Shown: positions 46,639-55,143, counted from the stretch's first letter. The stretch: DNA of 64,000 nucleotides from Actinomycetota bacterium (GCA_016870245.1 VGCA01000001.1:8905-72904), one strand, 5' to 3'. Made by a program: numbers and translations. The notes: generated from the sequence alone by a model not told the origin.

Positions 46639-47787
46639 TCAGCGCGTGGCGCGCGCCATGTACAGCCATATGAGCGCCGGTGCCCCCTGTTCGCGCATCT
46701 GCGCGCGGGCCGCGAGCAGGGTGCGCCCCGCCGCGGTCTGCTCGTAGAACCACGCCTCACCCTGGCCGGCGTCGGGCGCGACGTCGACGAGCGAGACCGC
46801 GGCCTCGTCGTAGTAGGTGCGGACGTCGTGGCAGGTCTGCACCGGGTCGCCGACGAACCCGGCAGTGGTCCAGTCGGCGCCGTCGGCGACCGCGGCGAGG
46901 ACCGCGAGCGCCTCGGGGACCTGGTCGGCGGTGAGGACCCGGCCGATCGACGTCACCCCCCGCCGGGCGAGCGTGCGGTCGTACGCGGCGCGCAGGCCGC
47001 GGGCCTCGTCGACCGCTTCGGGGAGATCGGGGTCGAACCGGGGTGGCATCGCGCAGGCGAGGGGCTGGGCGTCGGACTCGATGACCTCGGGGTGGTCCTC
47101 CAGCACCGGGCCGCTCGGGCGGTCGAGGAGGGCGAAGGCGCGGGCCAGCACGTCGTGCTGGAACTCGGGGTCGTCCGGTCGTCCGAGCGGTCGGCCGAGG
47201 GGGAACTCGCCGTAGAGGCCCCGGGGCGGCGGCAGGCGCTCGGCCACGCCACGGACGGAGATCAGCGCGACGGTCGACAGGCCGTGGGCCTCGAGCACCC
47301 GGGCGAGCACACACACGGTGCGCGAGCAGAGCGGTCAGACGGGGGTCAGCAGGACGACGTCGACCTCGTCGTCGCGGAGGAGCTTCGCCACCGCGGGGCC
47401 GTGGTCGAGGCGGATGCCCGTGAGGGTGTCCTCCTGGTTGCCGGCGAACGCGTAGTGCCGGGGGGCCACGGAGCCGATCGTGCCCCGGGCCGCGAGCTCC
47501 TCGAGTCGGTCGATCGGGTAGACGACGTCGAGGTCGGCGGTGAAGCCGGAGCGGTCGAAGTTGGGGCTCCAGTGCCCGAGCCGGAGGTCGCGCCGGTCGC
47601 TCGGGAGGATTCGGAACGACGGGTCGTCGGGCGTGAAGCCCTCGTCGCCCGCGGTGTGGAGCGCCGCGGTGGTGACGATGGCCACCCGGCACTCCGAGAG
47701 GGGCTTGGTCAGGGGCGTCCACGGCAGCTCGCCCATGTCGGGCATGGGCGTGTTGGCTGCGAAGGCGCGCATCGGCTGGTCGCTCAC
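46639..47787 (-). CDS. GrdB/PrdB-family (glycine/betaine/sarcosine/D-proline reductase selenoprotein B-like) protein with in-frame TGA = candidate selenocysteine at 47337-47335
   Basis: ORFs 47335..47787 and 46639..47316 are in the same frame, separated only by a TGA plus 6 sense codons. The read-through context is VDVVLLTPV-U-PLCSRT...LEAHGLSTV. The N-terminal half has WTPLTK, VAIVTTAALH, PSFRILPSD and VYPIDRL. The GTG start at 47787 follows GGGGAG. Confidence 0.75.
47296..47333 (-). promoter_or_regulatory. Candidate SECIS-like hairpin immediately 3' of the in-frame UGA
   Basis: mRNA positions 15-31 after the UGA read GCGCAC-CGUGU-GUGUGC (6 bp including one G.U). The stem can be extended with bulges to positions 5-42. 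The apical loop with GU sits about 20 nt after the UGA. Folded by eye only. Confidence 0.35.
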
Positions 47788-47790
47788 CGG

Positions 47791-48180
47791 TCATCTCCCC
47801 AGTTCGGTCCGGGTGTACTCGACGATCGCAAGGATCTCGGCCTCGGCGAGCGAGCTCCCGAACCCGGGCATGCCCCCACGACCCTTCGTGACGACGGCGA
47901 CCTCGTCGGCGGCGTCGGGGAACTCCTCGACGACGCGGCCGGCCAGTCGCGGTCCGCTGCCGCCTCCGCCGTCGCTGCCGTGGCACCCCGCGCAGCGCGC
48001 CGAGTACAGCGCCGCGCCGTCGGGGAGCCCTCCACCCTCGGGGGAGTAGCTGGCATCGTTCCCGCTCGGCGCGGTGGCGCCCGTGGTGGAGTCGGGGTTC
48101 GCCACGAACAGCATGACCACGAACACGCCGGCGGCGAGCAGCGCGAGGACCTCGATCACGGTGACGATCCGCTTGAACAT
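47791..48180 (-). CDS. Membrane-anchored c-type cytochrome
   Basis: Part of ORF 47791..48411. ATG at 48180 overlaps the upstream stop (TGATG). N-terminal TM anchor IVTVIEVLALLAAGVFVVMLFV, heme motif CAGCH and a distal GGMPGF Met. Confidence 0.85.
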   Translation of the reverse strand: MFKRIVTVIEVLALLAAGVFVVMLFVANPDSTTGATAPSGNDASYSPEGGGLPDGAALYSARCAGCHGSDGGGGSGPRLAGRVVEEFPDAADEVAVVTKGRGGMPGFGSSLAEAEILAIVEYTRTELGR

Positions 48181-48769
48181 CAGAACTCCGGGAATCCGAC
48201 GGTGCGGAAGAACCACAGGCTGCTCGTGAGCCAGATGCCGACCAGTGCGACGAACACGGCACCACCCGCCACCGGGAGCAGCCAGTGCGGGAGCCCGTGC
48301 ACCCGCACCCCCAGGACCTTCACCACGAACGCGCCGTACAGGAAGCACCCGAGCAACGAGTGCACCAGCGTGCGCGTGGAGCCGTCCTGGAAGCCGAGCG
48401 CCCAGAGGCACAAGAACGCGACGGGCAGGCTCACGAGGAACGCGAGCGTGCCCAGGAGGCGGTGCAGGTCACCGAGCCACGGTGGGCTGGTGCGGGGCCA
48501 GCGCAGCTTCCCGTAGAGCCGCATGGCGAGGAGGACCTGCAGGACCGCCAACACCATCGCCACGGTCGCGAACCAGACCTTGAGGTTGATGGTGTTGGAG
48601 AAGAAGAGCGAGAACGGTTGCTCGAAGGTGGGGTGTGCTCGCGTCCGTAGATCCCCAACGCGATCGACACGACCGCGCCGGCGAGGAGGATCCCGATCAG
48701 CGCGCCGGTTCTCGGTGTGGGGTCCGACGTCGATCCCGTCGGTTCGTCGACGATCACCGGTTCGGTCAT
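48180..48769 (-). pseudogene. DUF6529-like five-helix membrane protein, interrupted by a 1-nt frameshift near 48629-48634
   Basis: The N-terminus comes from ORF 48431..48799 (ATG at 48769 after GGGAGGGG; MTEPVIV...ALGIYGREHTP). The rest comes from ORF 48180..48563 extended upstream (TFEQPFSLFFSNTINLKVWFATVAMVLAVLQ...). The frames switch at the run CACACCCCACC. Confidence 0.7.
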
Positions 48770-48805
48770 CCCGCCCCTCCCGCGTTGCGCTCGGCGCACC
48801 TTAGG

Positions 48806-49585
48806 TCATGTCGTCGCCGGTGCCCTGGGACCGCCGTTCACCCACAGCGTCTGGCCCGAGCAGTAGCTCGAGGCGTCGGATGCGAAGAACAGCACGGTGT
48901 GCGCGATCTCGTCGGGGTCCCCGACCCGGTCCATCGCGTTGCCGGGGCCGCGGACGGCGTCGTCCGGAATCGCCCGGCGCCGACCCGACTCGGCGTAGCC
49001 CTCGGTGCGTACGGCGCCGCACGCGATCGCGTTGACCCGCACGCCGCGGGGCGTCCACGCCGCCGCGAGCGACCGGGTGAGGCTGTTGACGCCGGCCTTG
49101 GCTGCGCCGTACGGCGCGACGTCGGGGAGGGCGAGGAAGCTCGCTCCCGACGAGATGTTGACGATGGCGCCCCCGCCCTGCTCGGCCATGCGGGCGGCGG
49201 CCGGCCGCGCGCAGAACCACACGCTGGCCAGGTTGAGGTCGACGACCTGACGCCACTCCTCGACCGTCCACTCCTCGTGCGGCTTCGTGGCGGTGCCGCC
49301 GGCGTTGTTCACCAGCACATCGATCCGGCCCAGCCCCTCGATCGTCGCGGCGACGAGGGCCTCGCACTCCGCGGGTTCGGTCACGTCGGTCGGCACCACG
49401 AGGGCGCGCCTTCCGAGGGCCTCCACCTCGGCGGCGGTGCGCTCGAGCAGCTCGACCCGTCGGGCAGCGAGCACGACGTCGGCGCCGCGGGCGGCGAGCA
49501 GCCGGGCGCTGGCCCGGCCGATGCCGGTCCCGGCGCCGGTCACGATCGCGACGCGACCGTCGAGGGCGAAGCGGTCGTCGGTCAT
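48806..49585 (-). CDS. Short-chain dehydrogenase/reductase (SDR)
   Basis: Part of ORF 48806..49732, ATG at 49585. TGAGTGIG, NNAG, YGAAK. Confidence 0.9.
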   Translation of the reverse strand: MTDDRFALDGRVAIVTGAGTGIGRASARLLAARGADVVLAARRVELLERTAAEVEALGRRALVVPTDVTEPAECEALVAATIEGLGRIDVLVNNAGGTATKPHEEWTVEEWRQVVDLNLASVWFCARPAAARMAEQGGGAIVNISSGASFLALPDVAPYGAAKAGVNSLTRSLAAAWTPRGVRVNAIACGAVRTEGYAESGRRRAIPDDAVRGPGNAMDRVGDPDEIAHTVLFFASDASSYCSGQTLWVNGGPRAPATT

Positions 49586-49682
49586 GGGGCTCCTCGGGGC
49601 CGCGTGCGGGGGGCGTCCGCGCATCGTATTGTCGGTTTCGTGCCACTGCCCGTGCACGCGTGACCACACCGGGGGGAGGGTG

Positions 49683-51182
49683 ATGTCCAAGGTTTCGGCC
49701 CGGGCGCGGGAGCAGTTCGGGCCTGCGGGCACGCCGCGGGTGGTGGTCGTGGGCGGGGGCTACGGCGGGATCGCAGCCGGCGTGAAGATGAAGGCCGCCG
49801 GCATCCACACGTTCACGATCTACGAGAAGTCGGACCGGGTGGGCGGCACCTGGTGGGACAACCGCTACCCGGGTTGCGAGGTCGACGTGCATTCGCACCT
49901 CTACTCGTTCGCGTTCAAGCCCTACGACTGGAGCCGGACCCACGCCAAGCAGGCCGAGCTCCAGGGCTACCTCGAGGAGACCGTGTCGGAGCAGGGGCTC
50001 GGGCCGCACTTCCGCCTCGGCGTCGCGGTCGACCGCGCCGAGTGGGACGAGACGACGCACACCTGGCGCCTCACCCTCGACACCGGCGAGACCGACGAGT
50101 GTCACGTGCTCATCGCCGCGACCGGATTCCTCAACGTCCCCCGCTACCCCGACTGGCCGGGGCTCGACGAGTTCGCGGGTCCGAAGTTCCACACCGCCCG
50201 CTGGGAGTCGGAGCACGATCTCACGGGGAAGACGGTCGCGCTGGTCGGGACCGGGAGCACCGCAACGCAGATCCTCCCCGAGATCCAGCCGATCGCCGGG
50301 AAGGTATACCTCTTCCAACGCGAGCCCGGCTGGGTGATGCCCAAGGGCGACCGCGACTTCAGTCCCGCCGAGCGCGCCGTGCTCCGCTCGTACTGGGGAC
50401 ATCGCAAGGAGCGCTGGCGTCAGCTGTGGATGATCGAGAAGGGCGTGTGGTGCGGCGCCACCTACAAGCCGGGCACCCCGCGCAACGACGCCCGCACCAA
50501 GGCCTGCCTCGACTACATCGCCAAGGTGTTCGCCGACCGCCCCGACCTCGCGGAGCTGGTCACGCCCACCTACCCGTACCCGGGCAAGCGACCGATCTTC
50601 AACACCACCTACTACCCGACGCTGCTGGCCGACAACGTCGAGCTGGTGCCGCGGGCGGTCGAGAAGGTCACCCGCACCGGAGTGGTCGACGTCGACGGCG
50701 TGGAGCGCGCGGTCGACGTGCTGGTCATGTGCACCGGGTTCCAGCCGACGAACTACCTGGCCCGGATCGAGGTGGTCGGACGCGAGGGCTCGCTGAGCGG
50801 CTACTGGGCGGGAGAGCCGCGCGCCTACCTCGGGATCACCGTGCCGACCTTCCCGAACTTCTTCATCCTCTACGGACCGGGCACCAACGGCGGTGAGATC
50901 GTCTCGATGCTCGAGCGGCAGTCGGAGTACGCGGTGCGCGTGATGAACCGGATGCGCCGGGAAGGCGTCACCGCCGTGGAGGTGACGCGCCGCTGCGCCG
51001 ACCGGTACCACGAATGGCTGATGCGGAAGATGGACGGCACGTCGTGGCAGATGTGCAACAACTACTTCACCGTGGAGAACGGCCGCATCGTCACCCAGTG
51101 GCCGTACGGCCCCACGCTGTACGGCGCGATGACCAAGCTGCTCGGCCGACCATCGGAGAGGGCCCGCCGCCGCTCGATCTGA
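49683..51182 (+). CDS. Flavin-containing / Baeyer-Villiger-type monooxygenase
   Basis: Part of ORF 49287..51182. ATG at 49683 follows GGGGGGAGGG. GGGYGG, GGTWWDNRYPG, FAGPKFHTARWE, GTGSTA. Confidence 0.9.
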   Translation: MSKVSARAREQFGPAGTPRVVVVGGGYGGIAAGVKMKAAGIHTFTIYEKSDRVGGTWWDNRYPGCEVDVHSHLYSFAFKPYDWSRTHAKQAELQGYLEETVSEQGLGPHFRLGVAVDRAEWDETTHTWRLTLDTGETDECHVLIAATGFLNVPRYPDWPGLDEFAGPKFHTARWESEHDLTGKTVALVGTGSTATQILPEIQPIAGKVYLFQREPGWVMPKGDRDFSPAERAVLRSYWGHRKERWRQLWMIEKGVWCGATYKPGTPRNDARTKACLDYIAKVFADRPDLAELVTPTYPYPGKRPIFNTTYYPTLLADNVELVPRAVEKVTRTGVVDVDGVERAVDVLVMCTGFQPTNYLARIEVVGREGSLSGYWAGEPRAYLGITVPTFPNFFILYGPGTNGGEIVSMLERQSEYAVRVMNRMRREGVTAVEVTRRCADRYHEWLMRKMDGTSWQMCNNYFTVENGRIVTQWPYGPTLYGAMTKLLGRPSERARRRSI

Positions 51183-51215
51183 CGCGCGGGCTCCGGCGGG
51201 CCGGTCCCGTCGCGA

Positions 51216-52583
51216 TCAGGTCGCCAGGCAGGCGCTCGGCCCGCCCTCGAAGCCGGTGCGGAAGGCGGTGAACCGGTCGAACACCGTCCCGCGGTCGACC
51301 TTCGACGACGTCCCGTCGGTGGCGACGAAGGCCGCGATCACCTCGTCGAGGTCGCCCGGCGAGAACGAGATCGCGGCGTTCCGCTTCGTGGTGGCGGTGC
51401 CGTCCTCCACTGCGCCCGCCCAGGCGCCGGTGAGGCACTCGGATCGGGCCCGGGCGGCGGCGGTGCCGATCCGGTAGCCGAGGTCGGACTGCACGGCCGA
51501 GGCCCACGCGGTTGCGATGTACACGCCGGCCCCCATGTCGCCGATCCCGTCGGACGCCTTCTGGAGCGTGACCGTGGAGTAGACGATCGCGTCGGAGTCG
51601 GCGCAGTAGATGACCCCGTCGCTCACGGCCCCGCCGTCGGAGCCTCCGGCGCAGGAGAGGGTCGACGTCTTCGACGCCACGAGCCCGGGCGCACCGTCGT
51701 ACTTCTTCACCGTCGCGTCCCAATAGGCGTCGAGGCTCTTGGTGACCAACGGGAGCGACTCGTCGAGGGCCGGGTCGCCGTTGACCTGCTGGTCCTCGTA
51801 CGAGGTGAAGCCGGTCTGGGTCACCTCGGGCGGGTCGGTCTCGTAGTCACGGCACGCCCGGGCGCCACCGGTGAGCCCGTCCTGGAACGCGCTCACCCGG
51901 TCGAACGCGTTGCCGTGCGCGCCGTGCGCGCCGCCCTCGGTGCCCGACGGGTCGCGCAGCTCGAGGAATCCTGCGAGCGCGCGGTCGAGGTCGTCGTCCG
52001 AGAGCGCGAGATCGGTGTCGTCGCCCGCGGCCACGTGCTGGGCCCACGCGCCGGCGAAGCAGTCGGCCTGGAGCTCGACGTGGACGAACGCGCGCTCGGG
52101 GGCGCCGCCGCGCGCCTGGATGGCATGGCCCATCTCGTGCGCGAGCACGAGGCCGACGGCCACGTCGCCGTACTTCCGCTGTAGGGCCGGGATCAGTGCC
52201 TCGACGTCGTAGGCGATGAAGTCGCCCTCCGGGCAGTAGAAGGCGTTGCCCGCGACTTCGCGATAGGGAGTGGTCCCCCGGGTGCCACAGCCCGGCGGCG
52301 GGTCGTCCGACGAGTACGGGTGGACGCGGCTGCTCGGGATCGCGACGTACCGGCCCCCGTAGGTGTCGGGGTACGCGTCGGCCCAGTAGGCCTGGACGTC
52401 GGCGAGGGACTCCTCGGGGGTGGCCGAGTAGTGGTCAGCCGACGACGCGCCGGCCGGGATGACGGCGAGCGCCGTCGCGGTGAGCACCGTTGCGGCGGCG
52501 AGCCGGATCGCCCGGCGCGCACGGAGGCGGTCGCGGCGCCGGCGCCGGGCGCGACGAGAGGTGGGGGAGACGTTCGGGTCCAC
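51216..52583 (-). CDS. Secreted neutral zinc metallopeptidase (HExxH)
   Basis: ORF 51216..52583, GTG start. Arg-rich N-terminus followed by a hydrophobic segment (signal-like). HEMGHAIQ zinc motif. Multiple Cys residues. Confidence 0.8.
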   Translation of the reverse strand: MDPNVSPTSRRARRRRRDRLRARRAIRLAAATVLTATALAVIPAGASSADHYSATPEESLADVQAYWADAYPDTYGGRYVAIPSSRVHPYSSDDPPPGCGTRGTTPYREVAGNAFYCPEGDFIAYDVEALIPALQRKYGDVAVGLVLAHEMGHAIQARGGAPERAFVHVELQADCFAGAWAQHVAAGDDTDLALSDDDLDRALAGFLELRDPSGTEGGAHGAHGNAFDRVSAFQDGLTGGARACRDYETDPPEVTQTGFTSYEDQQVNGDPALDESLPLVTKSLDAYWDATVKKYDGAPGLVASKTSTLSCAGGSDGGAVSDGVIYCADSDAIVYSTVTLQKASDGIGDMGAGVYIATAWASAVQSDLGYRIGTAAARARSECLTGAWAGAVEDGTATTKRNAAISFSPGDLDEVIAAFVATDGTSSKVDRGTVFDRFTAFRTGFEGGPSACLAT

Positions 52584-52679
52584 GGACGGGGAACGATCCC
52601 GTCGCCGCCCCGGGTTCCCCGCGGGCCCGGGTTCCTGAGTGTCTCTCAGGGACGGACCGGCATCACCGCGACGGGTGGG

Positions 52680-53723
52680 TCAGGACCCGGCCTGCGTCGG
52701 TGCGCCCTCCACCCCGGGCTCGGGGCCTTCGCTGTCGAGCAGGCTGCGCTGGTCGAGGTAGTAGAGGAGGCCCAGCGCCGGCAGGCAGATCACCGCGGCC
52801 AGCAGGAAGACGATCACGACCGACCAGAGGGTCGCGCTCGGTGCAGCGGCCTCCGACACCGTCACCGACTCGGGGAGCATGTACGGCCACTGCGCCACGC
52901 CCCACGCCCAGATGACCGTGGCCACGGCGCCGATGGCGAGGAACCGCGCGAACCGGTGGTTGCGCCGGGTGAGCAGGAACATCGACGCGAGCCCGCACAG
53001 GCCCGACAGCACGACGATCGGGAGGGCCACCCCCGTGAGGCGGTCGAAGACGTACTCGGCGTCGGCCCGCAAGACGAAGATCCCCGCGACGGCGACGACC
53101 CCGGCGACGAAGCCCATCACGATGGCCCGCTTCCGGAAGTACTCCTCCATGTCGTGCCCGGCGAACCGATCGGCGTCCCAGACCATGTAGACGGCGGCGA
53201 GGAACGCGCACACGACCACGGCGAGCACCCCGCCGAGGAGCGAGGTGGGGTTGATCCAGCTGGACCAGGAGTCGCCGGCCTCCCCACCTGCGGGCACCCG
53301 GCCGGAGGCGATGGCGCCCGCGACGGCACCGAAGCAGAAGGGGACGAGTACCGACGAGATCGCGAACGCGGCGCCGAAGTTGCGTTGCGAGGAGACGCGG
53401 GTGACCTCCTTGCGGAAGGCGAAGCTCGACCCCCGCAGCACGATGCCGAGCGCCGCGAGCGAGAGCGGCACGAACAGTGTGAGCATCACCGAGGCGAACA
53501 CCTCCGAGAACGCGGTCCACAGCACCACGAGCACGAAGATCAGCCAGACGTGGTTGGCCTCCCACACCGGGCCGATGGAGTGGTTGACCACCGAGCGCGG
53601 ACGGCGGCCCTTCTCGGCGCCTCCGGCAACGAGATCCCAGAAGCCGGCGCCGAAGTCGGCGCCGCCGAAGACGGCGTAGGCCGTGATGCCGACGAGCAGG
53701 ATCCCGGCGACGACGTCGTCCAT
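52680..53723 (-). CDS. cydB: Cytochrome bd ubiquinol oxidase subunit II
   Basis: ORF 52680..53723. Begins MDDVVAGILLVGITAYAVFGGADFGAGFWDL, and is polytopic. It starts 1 nt after the cydA stop. Confidence 0.9.
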   Translation of the reverse strand: MDDVVAGILLVGITAYAVFGGADFGAGFWDLVAGGAEKGRRPRSVVNHSIGPVWEANHVWLIFVLVVLWTAFSEVFASVMLTLFVPLSLAALGIVLRGSSFAFRKEVTRVSSQRNFGAAFAISSVLVPFCFGAVAGAIASGRVPAGGEAGDSWSSWINPTSLLGGVLAVVVCAFLAAVYMVWDADRFAGHDMEEYFRKRAIVMGFVAGVVAVAGIFVLRADAEYVFDRLTGVALPIVVLSGLCGLASMFLLTRRNHRFARFLAIGAVATVIWAWGVAQWPYMLPESVTVSEAAAPSATLWSVVIVFLLAAVICLPALGLLYYLDQRSLLDSEGPEPGVEGAPTQAGS

Positions 53724-53724
53724 C

Positions 53725-55143
53725 TCAGGACACCCCTGCGTCGACCGGCGGCGCGGCGTCGGGCCGGATGCGGGGCGAGTACGGGCCGCCGGTGTGCGGG
53801 TCCTCGTCGGACTCGTCGAAGCGCCGACGCATCAACCGGAGCACGAGCACCAGGGTGACGGCGACGACGGCGTACACGCCGGAGATGACGAGGAACGTCA
53901 GCCAGATCCCGGTGTTCTCGGTGGCCGCGTCCTCGACCTTCATGTAGTCGACGACGATCCACGGTTGGCGACCGACCTCGGTGACGACCCAGCCCGCCTC
54001 CATCGCCACGATCGACGCAACGCCGGCGACGGCGGCGAAGCGGAGGAACCACTTCGAGCGGGGGATGGCGCGCCGTCGCCACCAGGCCCACGCGAACCAG
54101 ACGCTGAGCAGGAACAGCGCGGTGCCGAGCCCGACCATGATGTCCCACGCCCAGTGGACGATGTTGGCCTGACGGACCGTCGGTCGCTCGTCCTCGGGGA
54201 ACGCGTCGAGGCCCTGCACGACGGTCGAGGTACCCTCGGCGGGGTCGGAGAGGATCGAGGCGAGGCCCGGGATGTCGATCCCGCCGACGATGTCGCCGTC
54301 CTCCTGCAGGAATCCGCCCAGCGTCTCGGGCACGTCGCTGCTCGTCTCGGTGACCAGCTCCATCGCCGCGAACTTGCGGGGCTCGTTCTCGTAGACCCAC
54401 CGCGCGAGCGTGTCGCCCACCACCATCTGGATCGGTGTGGCGATCGCCGCGACGGAGAACGCGATGAGGAACCCGAGGCGGTGGTACCGGTCGCGACGAC
54501 CCTTCAACATCGCGCCGGCGTAGACCGACGCGACGAGGAACCCGCCCACCAGGTATGCCGCGATCAGCATGTGGAGCGACTGCAGCGGCATCGCCTTGTT
54601 GAAGATGACCTCGAGCGGCTCGACGTCGACGACCTCGCCGGCCCGGTTCAGCGAGAACCCGGACGGGTGGTTCATCCACGCGTTGGCCGCGACGACCGAC
54701 ACGGTGCCGCCGATGCCGGCGATCACGATCGGGACGCCGGACCAGAAGTGCGGCCACGGCTTCAGGCGCTTCCAGCCGTAGATGTAGATGGCGATGAAGA
54801 TCGCCTCGGTGAAGAAGAAGAGGCCCTCGAACGCGAACGGGATTCCGAACGCAGCGCCGTAGGTGTCCATGAAGTTGGGCCAGAGCAGGCCGAACTCGAA
54901 CGTGAGCACCGTGCCGGTGACGGCCCCGACCGCGAAGGTCACCGCCATGTACTTCGACCAGCGCTGCGCGAGGCGCAGGGCATCAGCGTCGTGCTTCTTG
55001 ATGCCCCGGTAGTTGGCGACCAGCGCCATGAACCCCCAGGCCACGCCCAGCGGCACGAGGATGATGTGGGTCGCCAGCGTGAACGCCATCTGGGCCCGAG
55101 CCCAGGGCACCGGATCCACCGCGAGCGTCCAGCCACTGCCCAT
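53725..55143 (-). CDS. cydA: Cytochrome bd ubiquinol oxidase subunit I
   Basis: ORF 53725..55143. ARAQMAFTLATHIILVPLG, a Q-loop region and GWVVTEVGRQPW. Confidence 0.95.
   Translation of the reverse strand: MGSGWTLAVDPVPWARAQMAFTLATHIILVPLGVAWGFMALVANYRGIKKHDADALRLAQRWSKYMAVTFAVGAVTGTVLTFEFGLLWPNFMDTYGAAFGIPFAFEGLFFFTEAIFIAIYIYGWKRLKPWPHFWSGVPIVIAGIGGTVSVVAANAWMNHPSGFSLNRAGEVVDVEPLEVIFNKAMPLQSLHMLIAAYLVGGFLVASVYAGAMLKGRRDRYHRLGFLIAFSVAAIATPIQMVVGDTLARWVYENEPRKFAAMELVTETSSDVPETLGGFLQEDGDIVGGIDIPGLASILSDPAEGTSTVVQGLDAFPEDERPTVRQANIVHWAWDIMVGLGTALFLLSVWFAWAWWRRRAIPRSKWFLRFAAVAGVASIVAMEAGWVVTEVGRQPWIVVDYMKVEDAATENTGIWLTFLVISGVYAVVAVTLVLVLRLMRRRFDESDEDPHTGGPYSPRIRPDAAPPVDAGVS

Noticed and set aside
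47335-47337. The TGA treated as an ordinary stop, giving two separate genes (a 150-aa protein and a 225-aa protein).
   Set aside because: The second ORF is in the same frame only 6 codons later, lacks its own SD, and would start in the middle of a conserved beta-alpha unit. The TGA also sits in a U-x-x-C context typical of the family. A single recoded gene is the better reading, though it remains unproven.
48624-48640. Programmed -1 ribosomal frameshifting as the explanation for the DUF6529-like frame switch.
   Set aside because: There is no X-XXY-YYZ slippery heptamer at the junction (CAC ACC CCA CC), and I saw no obvious downstream pseudoknot or hairpin. An indel in the C4/G4 run (real or from sequencing) is the simpler explanation.
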